Below, piece by piece: positions 19,512 through 29,621 of a stretch of 64,000 nucleotides of DNA. The translations under genes and the position numbers were made by a program. The stretch spans positions 1,792,001 to 1,856,000 of the forward strand of contig OY829846.1 of assembly GCA_963691875.1 (NCBI GenBank). The letters are read 5' to 3'. Source of the DNA: Aureliella sp. (lineage in GTDB: Bacteria > Planctomycetota > Planctomycetia > Pirellulales > Pirellulaceae). The stretch's first letter is position 1. The number at the start of each line of letters is the position of its first letter. The notes beneath the pieces were generated by a model. That model was not told the origin of the DNA and did no database searches. It was given only the letters and a program-made list of their open reading frames with translations.

Positions 19512-21620
19512 TTACTGCGTCGGGGCCTGCTCGGCTAGAGCTTGACGCCATGTCCATCGGTAGAGATTCCGAGTGTCCACGTAGCGGGCATCCGAATTGG
19601 CCGCCCCGAGCACGACCACGATCCGTTTGTTGCTAGCATTGCTGCCAGCTGAGATAAGACAGGCGCCAGCGGCAGAAGTCGTCCCGGTCTTGACGCCGTA
19701 GAATCCTTCCTGCGTTAACATTAGGTTCGTATTTTTCCACAACACGTTTCTCTTGAATCCGTCTACACTCTGCAACTGACAACCTCGTTGCTGAGTCCTT
19801 ACGTACTCCGCTAACCGCTGGTTCTTAAGTGCATGGTGGGCCAACTTTGCTAAATCCGATGCGGAGCAGAGATGTTCGGGATGCGTCAGGCCATGCGTGT
19901 TCTCGAAGTGGCTGTTGTACATCCCAAGCTCCTTCGCACGACGATTCATAGCAGCAATGAATAGCTCGTAGGACGTCGCAGCGTTCCTGGTATATTCCTT
20001 CTCAGGATCCAACTTCGCCAGTCGAAAACCGAAGTGCTCAGCAAGCGCTACTGAAGCGTCATTGCCAGATGGAAGAAGCAGGCCGTAGAGCAACTCCGAT
20101 ACAGGCAACTGTTCTCCCGCGCGAACGCCTGATGTTGAACCAAGTGTTTCGTCCGCTCTTTTCGAAAAGGTAACGATCTCGCTCAGAACAGCAGGGTCCG
20201 CCTCCGCAATTTCAAAGACGAGCAAGGCGGTCATCAACTTAGTCGTGCTGGCGATGTGCCGCGCCTGTTCGCTGTTCTTGCCAGCGATCTTTTCGCCACT
20301 ATCGCCGTCGATGATCACCCAAGCTTTGGCCGTTGTCTCTGGGGCAGCGGCCAAATCAAGCGATGGCCTTCGATCGACGCGACGCTGCTTTTCCAAAGAG
20401 TTGATTTCTTTCGGATCTGGAACAGGGGCATCTCGAGTGATCAGCGTTCCAAGAGCCGCCCAAGTGTCTGAGCCAACTTGGCCTGTCGCCTCGAGTTTCT
20501 TTGCCTTTTGAAATGCGGAAACGGCGGCGGCTGTCGCTGGACCAAAATCTCCGTCTACTGAAAGCCCAGCATCGATTCGATGATTCAAAGTGCGCTGTAA
20601 GGCTTCCACCAAGAATCCATGATCTCCCTGCCCCAGCACTTGACGAGTGCGTCCGTCTTCCTTTTTCGCCGTGTTCTTTTCGATAAATCGAAAGCACTCG
20701 CGAGCCAGGTTGGCGATGAGAGTCTCGGCACGGTTCTCTTTCGTCCAACTCAAGTCCTCGTTGTCGGTCGTGAGCACCGATAGGATTAACGCATGCTTGC
20801 CGATCTGCACTATGCCGGCATCAGTGCGCGAGCGGTTAACTGCTCCCGTCTTGTGGTAACACTTGGCTCCGCGAGGCAAGTAACGAGCGATCTTCTGGTC
20901 GTCATCGCAGGTCGCCAAATGCCCCAACATCGCCTCGCAGGATTCCTTCGACGCTAGCTCCCCTTTCAGCAATCGCTCATAAAGCCCGACCATTTCCGCA
21001 GCGGTGGTACTACCAAGGCCATATCTCTGACTGCGGGCAGGATCGATCGACGTATCGCGACGGTAGACTTTCGAATGAAGTTGGGTTTCCGCGCAATCAA
21101 GACTCTTCATCCGTTGGCTGGTGCTAGGAAGGCCGATCAAGTCGACAACGAGGTTGGTTGCGGTATTGTCCGAGTATCGAATCATGAGTCGGATGGCATC
21201 TCGCAACGAAATGGAGGCACCATCCGAAAAGTGCTCGGTTAGTATGCCAGAGCCGGGAACTTTGTCGGCTGCCTTTAGCTCGATCATCTGCGACAGATCG
21301 ACCTTGCCTTGTTCGGATTGGAGATAGGCATCGATCATTACAGGAAACTTGATCAAACTCGCTGTCGGCATCACACTTTTCTCATCACGGCCAAAGCGGC
21401 ATAGAGTGTGTCCCTGGTCGTCGACGATCGCACACGCGAAGGCCACTGTGCCCGCATGAGCATCCGCGGCGGCGTTCATTCGTGCGGCAAGCTTCTTGGC
21501 GTCCCAGTCTTTCTGGTTGTTGCTTTCGCTTTGGGCCTGCAAACTGCCTTCGAGAAACAAAAGGGTCGAGAGTAAGAACGCAACGAGACACGCGGTTCTT
21601 CGAAGTACAAGAGATGGCAT
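19512..21620 (-). CDS. Serine hydrolase fusion: class A beta-lactamase-like domain + peptidoglycan-binding domain + D-Ala-D-Ala carboxypeptidase (S11)
   Basis: Domain 1 has SLIK/SDN/HKTG. The middle has LQRTLN...VDGDFGPAT...FQ...TGQVG (PG_binding_1). Domain 3 has STTK/SGN/KTG. Confidence 0.9.
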   Translation of the reverse strand: MPSLVLRRTACLVAFLLSTLLFLEGSLQAQSESNNQKDWDAKKLAARMNAAADAHAGTVAFACAIVDDQGHTLCRFGRDEKSVMPTASLIKFPVMIDAYLQSEQGKVDLSQMIELKAADKVPGSGILTEHFSDGASISLRDAIRLMIRYSDNTATNLVVDLIGLPSTSQRMKSLDCAETQLHSKVYRRDTSIDPARSQRYGLGSTTAAEMVGLYERLLKGELASKESCEAMLGHLATCDDDQKIARYLPRGAKCYHKTGAVNRSRTDAGIVQIGKHALILSVLTTDNEDLSWTKENRAETLIANLARECFRFIEKNTAKKEDGRTRQVLGQGDHGFLVEALQRTLNHRIDAGLSVDGDFGPATAAAVSAFQKAKKLEATGQVGSDTWAALGTLITRDAPVPDPKEINSLEKQRRVDRRPSLDLAAAPETTAKAWVIIDGDSGEKIAGKNSEQARHIASTTKLMTALLVFEIAEADPAVLSEIVTFSKRADETLGSTSGVRAGEQLPVSELLYGLLLPSGNDASVALAEHFGFRLAKLDPEKEYTRNAATSYELFIAAMNRRAKELGMYNSHFENTHGLTHPEHLCSASDLAKLAHHALKNQRLAEYVRTQQRGCQLQSVDGFKRNVLWKNTNLMLTQEGFYGVKTGTTSAAGACLISAGSNASNKRIVVVLGAANSDARYVDTRNLYRWTWRQALAEQAPTQ

Positions 21621-21664
21621 CGATAACTCCGTGGGAGATAGCTCCAGCAGCTGGGTTGAGCGAT

Positions 21665-21680
21665 GGTTTCATGTGAAACA
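21665..21680. promoter_or_regulatory. parS-like centromere site
   Basis: GGTTTCATGTGAAACA, 14/16 match to TGTTTCACGTGAAACA. Confidence 0.75.
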
Positions 21681-21783
21681 CTATGCATTAGCGTAACCCG
21701 AATCGTCGCACTGTGTATCCGGGTCGCGAGAAGTGCGCCGCGAAGATTTTTCGATCACTCCCGTAAAGAGGCCAAGCGTTTCA

Positions 21784-21799
21784 TGTTTCGCGTGAAACA
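21784..21799. promoter_or_regulatory. parS-like centromere site
   Basis: TGTTTCGCGTGAAACA, 15/16 match to the parS consensus. Confidence 0.8.
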
Positions 21800-21995
21800 A
21801 TGAGGGCAAGGCAAGCTCTTGCGCCGCTTGGGCAAGCGATCGCCGACAGCTGAGCGTTAAACGAAGAATTCCGCGTTAGGGAGCGGCCTGTAGAGATCTG
21901 TGCTTCAGCTGCGATATCATCGCTTTGCTTTTTCCGGCATGCGAAACTTCCTGCTCACAGCCAATCGCCAATTGCTAAAAGTGAAAAGCTACCAA

Positions 21996-23324
21996 CTAAC
22001 TTGCATCCAACGGATTCACCACTAAACCACTGAGCAATTTGGGATAAAAGTAAGTGCTTTTGGCTGGCATTCTTTCCTCATGAAGACTCACCTTTCGAAT
22101 GTCCTCAACAGTAGCTGGCATGACGAGGGCAGCGAGCTGGTATTCCTGATCGCCTTCCAACTTGCCTTGCAGACCACCGACGACTTCTTCAACTAGGTGG
22201 ACATAATTCGGCTTTGGATGGCCTTTCATTCCGAGCAGTTCGTCAATAATCAGGCCGTGCAGCATCGCGACCCCGAGGTTGCGCCAATCATCACTTTGAT
22301 CACTTGCGATTTCTTCCATCTTCGCGGCCGTGTTGGAGTTGGCCATTACCAACGTCCACTTTTGGTCCTTGGACGTAAACAATCCGAATGCACCTTGGTC
22401 GTCCAATTCTTCGATCTGTTTCCAGACCTCATGCGCCGCTTCAGGTCCATCGCCAGCATTCTCGCAATCGAAGGCATCGCCTAATTGGGACCGAAGTTCG
22501 TCAGAGTCGAGTTCTTGCACGCCATTTAGAAGTCGGTGTGTGGGTAAAACGATTAACCCCGGATCATCCATGCTCATGACCATCGTTAGGACAAAGTTGG
22601 CGGGATGATCGCTAGGCAACGAACCACCATTTTGTTCCGCCAGCTCATCGCGATAGTTGCATGCAGTTTCGTAGCGATGGTGACCGTCAGCTACGAACAT
22701 GGGTTTGTCCTCCACCAAGGAAGCGACTTTGCTAATCAAGTCTTGGTCTGTCACTGGCCAAAGACGATGCGTTACGCCCAGGTGATCCTCGGCTTCGAGA
22801 GCTGCGGTTCCGACAACATGCTCTTCGAGAAGATTCTGTGCTTCGTTACTGGGATCAGGATACAAACCATAAATCTGACTCATGTTGGCTTGACATGCAC
22901 GAGTCAAACGTAAGCGATCATCTTTCGCCTTCGAGTGAGTTTTTTCATGCGGATAGATGTTGCCTTCGCCGAAACGCACAAGTTCGACTCGAGTCATGAA
23001 TCCGCGTCGAGTGTAAGTCTCGCCTAGATAATTGAAGACTTGATGGTAGACGTAGACTGCAGGATCCGGTTCGTGCTGCAGGACTCCATCGCGAATCCAC
23101 TGCCTAAACAAAGTCGCAGCGTGATCGTATACTGCGTTCCCATCTCCCTCTTCGTCTTCTCGTTTCGTCAGTTCAAGTCGGATGAAGTTGAAAGGGCTGT
23201 TGTCATAGAGCTGCTGCTGCAGAGTTCCATCAACGACGTCATAAGGCGGAGCGATGACGTCGCTTAGCGAGCCAACCTGCGCCAAGTTGTAGCGAAGTCC
23301 ACGAAAAGCTCGAATGCGCGGCAT
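21996..23324 (-). CDS. DUF1015 family protein
   Basis: IAPPYDVV, IYPHEKT, ADGHHRYETA, MPAKSTYFYPK. Confidence 0.92.
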   Translation of the reverse strand: MPRIRAFRGLRYNLAQVGSLSDVIAPPYDVVDGTLQQQLYDNSPFNFIRLELTKREDEEGDGNAVYDHAATLFRQWIRDGVLQHEPDPAVYVYHQVFNYLGETYTRRGFMTRVELVRFGEGNIYPHEKTHSKAKDDRLRLTRACQANMSQIYGLYPDPSNEAQNLLEEHVVGTAALEAEDHLGVTHRLWPVTDQDLISKVASLVEDKPMFVADGHHRYETACNYRDELAEQNGGSLPSDHPANFVLTMVMSMDDPGLIVLPTHRLLNGVQELDSDELRSQLGDAFDCENAGDGPEAAHEVWKQIEELDDQGAFGLFTSKDQKWTLVMANSNTAAKMEEIASDQSDDWRNLGVAMLHGLIIDELLGMKGHPKPNYVHLVEEVVGGLQGKLEGDQEYQLAALVMPATVEDIRKVSLHEERMPAKSTYFYPKLLSGLVVNPLDAS

Positions 23325-23579
23325 GGTTGAATCCTTGGGGAAAAGATGAATCGCGGTTGCTAGGTAGCTCTAAGTTTTAGCCAGAAACCCCAGTTTCGTC
23401 AGCGGGCATCCTAGTCACCAGGACTAATCAAAATTTCAACCCACGCAGTCCGCGATGGTTATTCTTTACTCTCCTTTTCCGAGCAGGCCGGAGAGAGCTT
23501 CTTACTTAGTTCCGATTCTGATTAGCCCTGGGAGGGTGCCCCACCGCCAAAAATCATGACGACTTACGCTACCCCTGAT

Positions 23580-24275
23580 TCACCATTTGCGGGCGAAGCC
23601 ATGGTTCGCTGCCAAGCCAAATTGCTGCATCAGTATTTCTGATTTAACGCCTGGCTCCAGCTCAACACCGCTGGCCGTGTCGACGCCATCGCAACAGGTT
23701 TCCAAGATGCCGTCGTAGACCGTGTTGGGGTTGAGTCCCCCCGCCAAGATCAAGGGGAACTCAGAGAAGATCTCCGGCCGCGGTTGCAATAGATCCCATC
23801 TAGCTTGCTTGCCAGTTCCACCACCTTCGATAGGTGCGTAGGCATCCACCAAGAACGCTCGAAACTGCTCGCGACTTCCCGCATTGATTTGCATATAAGT
23901 GCACCAAGCCTCAGCCAGTTTCAATTCTTCATCTCGCCCCGACCAAGAGAGGGCCTTGATGACTCCACAGTCTCCACAGTCGCTCAGCCTCTCGGGGCGT
24001 TCACTTCCATGTAGTTGGATTGCATCCGGTCGAAGCTCTTCCGCAACAGTCTTCAGTAGAGCGTCCTCTGGATTGCGCAAAACCACCACAGAGTAAAGAT
24101 CCAGTTCAGCGGCCTTAAGACAGAATTCCTTTGCTGCATCGATTTCAATGCAGCGTGGACTCGTCGAAACCAAGTTGATCCCCACCGAATTTACACTACA
24201 TTGCTCCAGGGAAACCAAATCTTCCTCGCGCGTGACACCGCAAACTTTCACGAAGGGTATTTCAAAGCTAGCCAT
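23580..24275 (-). CDS. trpF: Phosphoribosylanthranilate isomerase
   Basis: VKVCGVT, QLHGSE, GGTG, ILAGGLNP, GVDTASGVE. Confidence 0.93.
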   Translation of the reverse strand: MASFEIPFVKVCGVTREEDLVSLEQCSVNSVGINLVSTSPRCIEIDAAKEFCLKAAELDLYSVVVLRNPEDALLKTVAEELRPDAIQLHGSERPERLSDCGDCGVIKALSWSGRDEELKLAEAWCTYMQINAGSREQFRAFLVDAYAPIEGGGTGKQARWDLLQPRPEIFSEFPLILAGGLNPNTVYDGILETCCDGVDTASGVELEPGVKSEILMQQFGLAANHGFARKW

Positions 24276-24542
24276 TGAGTTCAGTCATCCAAGACGGGAG
24301 TGTTGATGCGCGGAGCCTCAGATTCTGCACCATTTTGTCGTCATCACGTCGCCGCACTGCGTCTTCGCAATCGCAATGATTTCAAGTCCAAGAGCGATAG
24401 CCCCACGAGCCTATCGAGTTGCAGCCAATGTACGCTGCATTGATGGGTTGCCGTTAAGGTTTAACGGATATCAGGACGATAACGACTAAGCACAGTCTTG
24501 TTCTAATGCTATTAAACGACCTGGATTTCGAAAGGGGGCGCG

Positions 24543-25733
24543 GTGTCCAGTCCAAAGCCGATTTCAAATCAAGGACGATCATCGCGAACTCTGCTCGCCA
24601 AATCGATTTGGTGTGGCACAGTATGCGGGTTGGCGGTCATGGTCTTGAGTCTCAACATCCTGCCACCGAGCCAAGTTGATTATGAAGTCGAGTCCGAGGT
24701 GATCTTAGCAGCCCCCCAGATCGGGACGCTCGAAAGGGCTCAGCACCACGGACAAGTTGACTGCGGACAAGGAATTCGAGTCGAACTCACATCCTTTGAA
24801 GCGAAAGAGGTGGATCCAAGCATCGATTTTCTTCTCGCCTCGGAATCGGCTGGCTCGGTAAGATTCTCCTTGCTGAGCGATTCCCAAGCGACCGAACCAG
24901 AACAATATCGATTTACCATCCGCAGCATTTGGAAGGCACGATGTACTGCGGAAGCACACGAAGTTTGGGTTCGAGAATTGGCAGAGCCTGATCCAGGTCT
25001 GCTGCGTGAAACAAAAGTCGCACGGAGCCAACGTTTTGCCCGCTGGGAAGTCCAGGCCGCAGAACACTATCTGAAACGCCAAAACTATCTTCATTCCAAC
25101 AAACAAGATCCTGCAAGCGACCGCAATCGAGCCCAAGCAACTTTGGCCTCCTTTCGAAGCTCGGAAAGCATCGATCCATCTGTGAGGGCAGCTCAAGCAG
25201 ACTTGCTGAAAGAACTGAGTGCCAAGCGTGCGAATCAATCTCAAGCGGAACAGTTGCTCGAGGATGAAGTCTTCGAAGCCAAAGCCCGGTATCAGATCGT
25301 TGGCGAACCGAACATTCGGCTTCGTTACAGTTACGTCCCACTCCTGCTGCTTATGAGTAATTTTGCCTTGGGCATCTTCTCGGGCACCTCAGCCGGGTTG
25401 ATTCACTCACGATCCCAGAGCGGCATCTCGTTTACTCCCTCAGCAATTGCCGATCAATTGGCAATGCATGGCCTGCCCATCGCGGGCAAACTGACTGTCA
25501 CGGATGTGACCAGCTCACATTCCCTATCGCAAAGGCTAGGGCAAAGGTTAAGCAGGCTGCGGGTTAAGCTGCAACGGTTTATTACTAACACTCTCATTCG
25601 TTTCGGCGAATGGGCAATTGCCTTTTGGGTCCTTTTGCTCGCATTGCGATGCTCGACCGATTCCTTGTGGCGACAGTTCTTTATTGAACAGCCACTGATT
25701 GCCATCGCCAATCTACTTATTGGCCTGCCCTAA
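24543..25733 (+). CDS. Hypothetical membrane protein, Wzz/Wzc-N-like topology
   Basis: N-terminal TM, periplasmic region with coiled-coil character, C-terminal TM segments. Confidence 0.65.
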   Translation: MSSPKPISNQGRSSRTLLAKSIWCGTVCGLAVMVLSLNILPPSQVDYEVESEVILAAPQIGTLERAQHHGQVDCGQGIRVELTSFEAKEVDPSIDFLLASESAGSVRFSLLSDSQATEPEQYRFTIRSIWKARCTAEAHEVWVRELAEPDPGLLRETKVARSQRFARWEVQAAEHYLKRQNYLHSNKQDPASDRNRAQATLASFRSSESIDPSVRAAQADLLKELSAKRANQSQAEQLLEDEVFEAKARYQIVGEPNIRLRYSYVPLLLLMSNFALGIFSGTSAGLIHSRSQSGISFTPSAIADQLAMHGLPIAGKLTVTDVTSSHSLSQRLGQRLSRLRVKLQRFITNTLIRFGEWAIAFWVLLLALRCSTDSLWRQFFIEQPLIAIANLLIGLP

Positions 25734-25762
25734 CAACGATTTTACCAGTCTTGGAAAAAACT

Positions 25763-28690
25763 ATGTACGAAGAGATCTTTCGCTCCAAAGCTCGCCCCTT
25801 TCGTGCCACTCCGGACGCCAATTTTTACTTTGCGCACAATAGCATCGAAGCAGCTCGTCAAGCGACTCTGCAAGCAGTTGCACGCGCCGCAGGTCCAGCA
25901 CTGATTTTGGGGGGAGCCGGCTTGGGCAAGAGTATGCTTTGCCGAGTGCTGGCACAAGATCTCAATACGAACTATGACATCGTCAACCTCGTATCAGCCC
26001 GGCTCAGCTCACGCGAAGAATTGCTCCAAGGAATTCTTTTCGAACTTCAACTACCCTACAAGCAGCTTTCGGAGGGCGAACTACGACTTGCGATTCTCGA
26101 TCACCTGCAACCGGAATCGAGCAAAGCTTCCGAAGGCATTGTCATCCTGGTCGATGAAGCTCAATACCTCTCACTCGATTTGCTCGATGAACTGCGACTG
26201 ATCTCCAATTTCACCCGTGACAATCAACCTCGTGCACAGGTCGTATTGTTCGGCAACATGCTGCTCGAAGAGACTTTCTCCAATCCTGAAATGGAGTCTT
26301 TCAATCAACGCTTGGCTGCTCGCTGCTATCTTGCTCCCATGACTCCTGGCGAAACCCGAGCGTATGTTGAGCATCAATTGACGCGTGCTAGCGTACCGGT
26401 CGAACACTTTATGGATCAAGCTGCACTTGATTCAATCTTTGTTGGCAGCGAAGGCGTGCCACGTGTTGCGAACCAACTGCTGGACCACGCCATGCTATTA
26501 GCGGCTTCCCAAGGCGATGGAATCATCACAGGTCGCACGATAGAAGAAGCCTGGTCCGATCTACAACAACTACCAGTTCCATGGCAATCAAAGGGGTACG
26601 CCGATTCGCAGGAAGATCCGGCGGCTACGGCGCAGGATGTACAAACATCCGAAGTTGAAACTGAGTCGATAGAGCCTGCGAACTCAGCTATCGAGGGGCT
26701 GCTCGACAAAACCGCAGAATCAAACGCTCCCGAAAGTAACAACACCTTTGTTGAACTGCCTGATCTAGATGTCTTGGCGGACGAGATCGCCAACGCTCAA
26801 CGCGTTTCTTACGAAGTCGAGTTTGGGCAGCTTGAGGATGAACTGCAAGAGGAGACTCAGGCTGAGATTGCAAACGATAGTGCCGAAGAGAACTATGAAG
26901 AAATCATCGGAGTTGGCTTGCAAACACCAGAGGCTAGCGTTTCGGGCTACGAACTAAGTTGTCAGATTGAGGTCATCGACGCTGCCGCAATTACCTTCGA
27001 CTTGAATGAAGAGGGCTTAGAGAACGCGGATAGAGAGAACGCGAATAGTTCCGCGATTCCCACGGAGCTTGGCGAGCCTACTTTGGTGGACTCAGATGCT
27101 TCGGAAACTTTACGGGAACAAGAAACAGTGGAAGAATCGCCAAACTTCTTCGCGGCCTTCAATCCGCCGGAGGAAGGCGAGCTACCGAAATCCATTCAAC
27201 ACGCCCTGGAACAGCCGATTGCCGAACAGCAATCCTTGTCTGAGACGGCAGATTCAATCGTTGCCTCGGATGATATAACTTCGGATGTGGAAGATGTTGA
27301 TGAACCGGCTGTGCTGCCAGTCGACAGTTTCTTCAGCGAGCGACCTACCGATGAAAAGATGATCGCTTTCGAACAGGAACAAGCCGAGTTCCAATCGATG
27401 GGTGTCTGGGAGAACGACCCTCCAAGCGTGCCAAGGCAGGTCAATCTACAAATTCCGCGAAACACCAGCGATGCTCTAATGGATGCCTTCGATCGCAAGC
27501 TTAGCGGAGCGGACAACGTCGAGCGGGAAGAGGAAGTGAACTTGCAGCCTGCAACGGCATACGCGACACCAAATGAAACTCACACGGCAGACGTTCCCGC
27601 TGCCACTGCTTCGGCCGAAAGTCTGTTTGGATCAGACTTCGACGAAGAACTAAGTCTGGAGGAACTAGCCCAGTCTCCGTCCACGATTGCCAGTACCCTC
27701 GAGGCAACGTCCTCCTTCAGTACCACGACCGATGACGCTGAAGTCCTTCCGCTGGCAAGTACACCGGAAACGGCAAAAGTGACTGACGACGCGTTACAAA
27801 CTGCGGTAGCGGAAGTCAGCCAGACTTTCGAAAAGAGTGACGACTCTTCGGAGACAAGCGAAGTTTGCAATAAAATGGCAGAAGAACCAGCCACCGCAAC
27901 CGAACCAGCGCTCGAAGCTTCCGAAAGCTCTGAGGAAACGATTGAAGCCTTCGGAATTGATACCGCATTTGTCTCGAGCACTTTCGACGGCGACTGGAAT
28001 ATCGAAGTGGCGAATGAAAAGCAATTGGCCGAGTTTTCTCAGGCGGAAGAGGCATCGACAGAGGATTCATCCACGCGTGAGCCCGAGATCCAAGTCGGTA
28101 AAGAACTCTCCGCCGATTCCAGTAGATTATCAGAGTTGGCTGAAAGTCAGACGCCGAGTTTCGTTCCGGGCATCATGGCTGGTAGCAACAATACTTCGCC
28201 AGTCCACGAAGAGATCATCAAGTCCATTCCTGAGCCACAAGCTCCGACTCCCCAAGCAGCTCCAACAGATCTCGCACCCATCTCTGACCAAGATGACTCC
28301 TGGTCGACGGATGTAGTGCCCGTCGACACCGCTCGCGAACTGGAATTACAGAACGAAATCGGGGAGATGCTGGAACAATTGAACTTCCGTGGTGTCGGTG
28401 GGTTCTCGGAAGAACAGATTTCGTCACAGCCACAGTTCAACGCAGGAAACACGGCGGAAGAGCTGACAGCAGCGACAAACAACGCAGGCCAATACGGCGA
28501 ACAGATTTTGCAGGCGGAAAGCGCGGCTGAGGAGTTGTTCGCTGACCGAACTTCGATGTACGACGATGATCGAGACATGTTGGTAATCGAAGAAGAGGTA
28601 GTTCGACCGGTCACAACGACAGCAGTAGGAACCAAGAAGACGTCGCGTACCAAGTCCTATTCACAGTTGTTTGCGAAGCTGCGACAGTAA
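25763..28690 (+). CDS. ExeA/GspA-type AAA ATPase with long acidic low-complexity C-terminus
   Basis: RPFRATPD, Walker A GGAGLGKS, Walker B ILVDEAQ, LDELRLISN, GVPRVANQLLDHA; then ~700 aa rich in E/D/S/A/T. Confidence 0.9.
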   Translation: MYEEIFRSKARPFRATPDANFYFAHNSIEAARQATLQAVARAAGPALILGGAGLGKSMLCRVLAQDLNTNYDIVNLVSARLSSREELLQGILFELQLPYKQLSEGELRLAILDHLQPESSKASEGIVILVDEAQYLSLDLLDELRLISNFTRDNQPRAQVVLFGNMLLEETFSNPEMESFNQRLAARCYLAPMTPGETRAYVEHQLTRASVPVEHFMDQAALDSIFVGSEGVPRVANQLLDHAMLLAASQGDGIITGRTIEEAWSDLQQLPVPWQSKGYADSQEDPAATAQDVQTSEVETESIEPANSAIEGLLDKTAESNAPESNNTFVELPDLDVLADEIANAQRVSYEVEFGQLEDELQEETQAEIANDSAEENYEEIIGVGLQTPEASVSGYELSCQIEVIDAAAITFDLNEEGLENADRENANSSAIPTELGEPTLVDSDASETLREQETVEESPNFFAAFNPPEEGELPKSIQHALEQPIAEQQSLSETADSIVASDDITSDVEDVDEPAVLPVDSFFSERPTDEKMIAFEQEQAEFQSMGVWENDPPSVPRQVNLQIPRNTSDALMDAFDRKLSGADNVEREEEVNLQPATAYATPNETHTADVPAATASAESLFGSDFDEELSLEELAQSPSTIASTLEATSSFSTTTDDAEVLPLASTPETAKVTDDALQTAVAEVSQTFEKSDDSSETSEVCNKMAEEPATATEPALEASESSEETIEAFGIDTAFVSSTFDGDWNIEVANEKQLAEFSQAEEASTEDSSTREPEIQVGKELSADSSRLSELAESQTPSFVPGIMAGSNNTSPVHEEIIKSIPEPQAPTPQAAPTDLAPISDQDDSWSTDVVPVDTARELELQNEIGEMLEQLNFRGVGGFSEEQISSQPQFNAGNTAEELTAATNNAGQYGEQILQAESAAEELFADRTSMYDDDRDMLVIEEEVVRPVTTTAVGTKKTSRTKSYSQLFAKLRQ

Positions 28691-28874
28691 AACACCGTCT
28701 AGTTAGGCGATGTTCAACAGCCAGCGACCACCGGTATACCGGTGCAGCGAGAAAAACCAATACAAGCACGACGGTTGATTCGCAATTGAAAACGAGTGAG
28801 GACTCTTCAGCATGCAATGAATCAACAGAGCCTAGGGTCCAAGGACGACGGGCAGGATATGGGGTGACACTCCG

Positions 28875-29444
28875 ATGCAAAAGCTAACAGATTTCAGTTG
28901 GTCTGATGCCATCGTGCGAGAAGCACGCGAGACCGAATCTCTGACGGTTGGAATTACGAATGCCTCGCGAACCCCAAGCGACAGAAGAACGCTCTTCGAG
29001 CTCTTGGCCGCACTGTCTGAGCGTATCAAAACGCAGAAGCTAAGCCGACAAGTGCTCTGTGTTCATCTGTCCTGCGAGGAGGAGAGCGAAGACAGTCAGA
29101 CTCGCGTTCCTACCCTGCAACGTAGCGTTGTCGGTAATTGGTCGAACGTCACAATCCCAGTTTCCAAAACTGATGAGAAAACCTGGGAGGAAGATCAGCT
29201 GTCGAGTTGGCTTACCCTATGGAAAGAGGCTTTCCCGATTATCTTGATCGACCTCGGAGCCATCGACTCCTCTGCCTCGCGTGAGATCGGTCGTCTCACC
29301 GATGCCAACTATCTCCTTCTGGGGCCGCAAGGTTGCGGATCGTTGCAATGGATTCTCCACCAGGTTGGCCGGCACCAGCAGCACGCCTCAAGCATCTGCG
29401 CCACGCTCGTCGCCAATCCCGCGCTCGTCACCGAAGCAGCGTAG
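28875..29444 (+). CDS. Hypothetical protein resembling a degenerate BY-kinase/ParA-like P-loop fold
   Basis: FPIILIDLG...IGRLTDANYLLL resembles the C-terminal half of Wzc/CpsD; no Walker A. Confidence 0.55.
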   Translation: MQKLTDFSWSDAIVREARETESLTVGITNASRTPSDRRTLFELLAALSERIKTQKLSRQVLCVHLSCEEESEDSQTRVPTLQRSVVGNWSNVTIPVSKTDEKTWEEDQLSSWLTLWKEAFPIILIDLGAIDSSASREIGRLTDANYLLLGPQGCGSLQWILHQVGRHQQHASSICATLVANPALVTEAA

Positions 29445-29558
29445 ATCCCACGCGGCGTCGTGCTCGTATCGTGAGCGGGTTTATCATAGCGCCGGTCTCT
29501 TGGACCGCCGTGTGGGTCAGGTGAGGCCATGATTCCAAATCCAGGCGTCAACCTGCAC

Positions 29559-29595
29559 AAAAAAAAAATGCCTCGAGAATGATCCCGAGGCTTTT
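29559..29595 (-). terminator. Intrinsic terminator downstream of the PEP-CTERM gene (likely bidirectional)
   Basis: A10-T-GCCTCG...CGAGGC-TTTT. Confidence 0.7.
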
Positions 29596-29621
29596 CAATT
29601 CAATCGTGTGGCCATGTCAGC

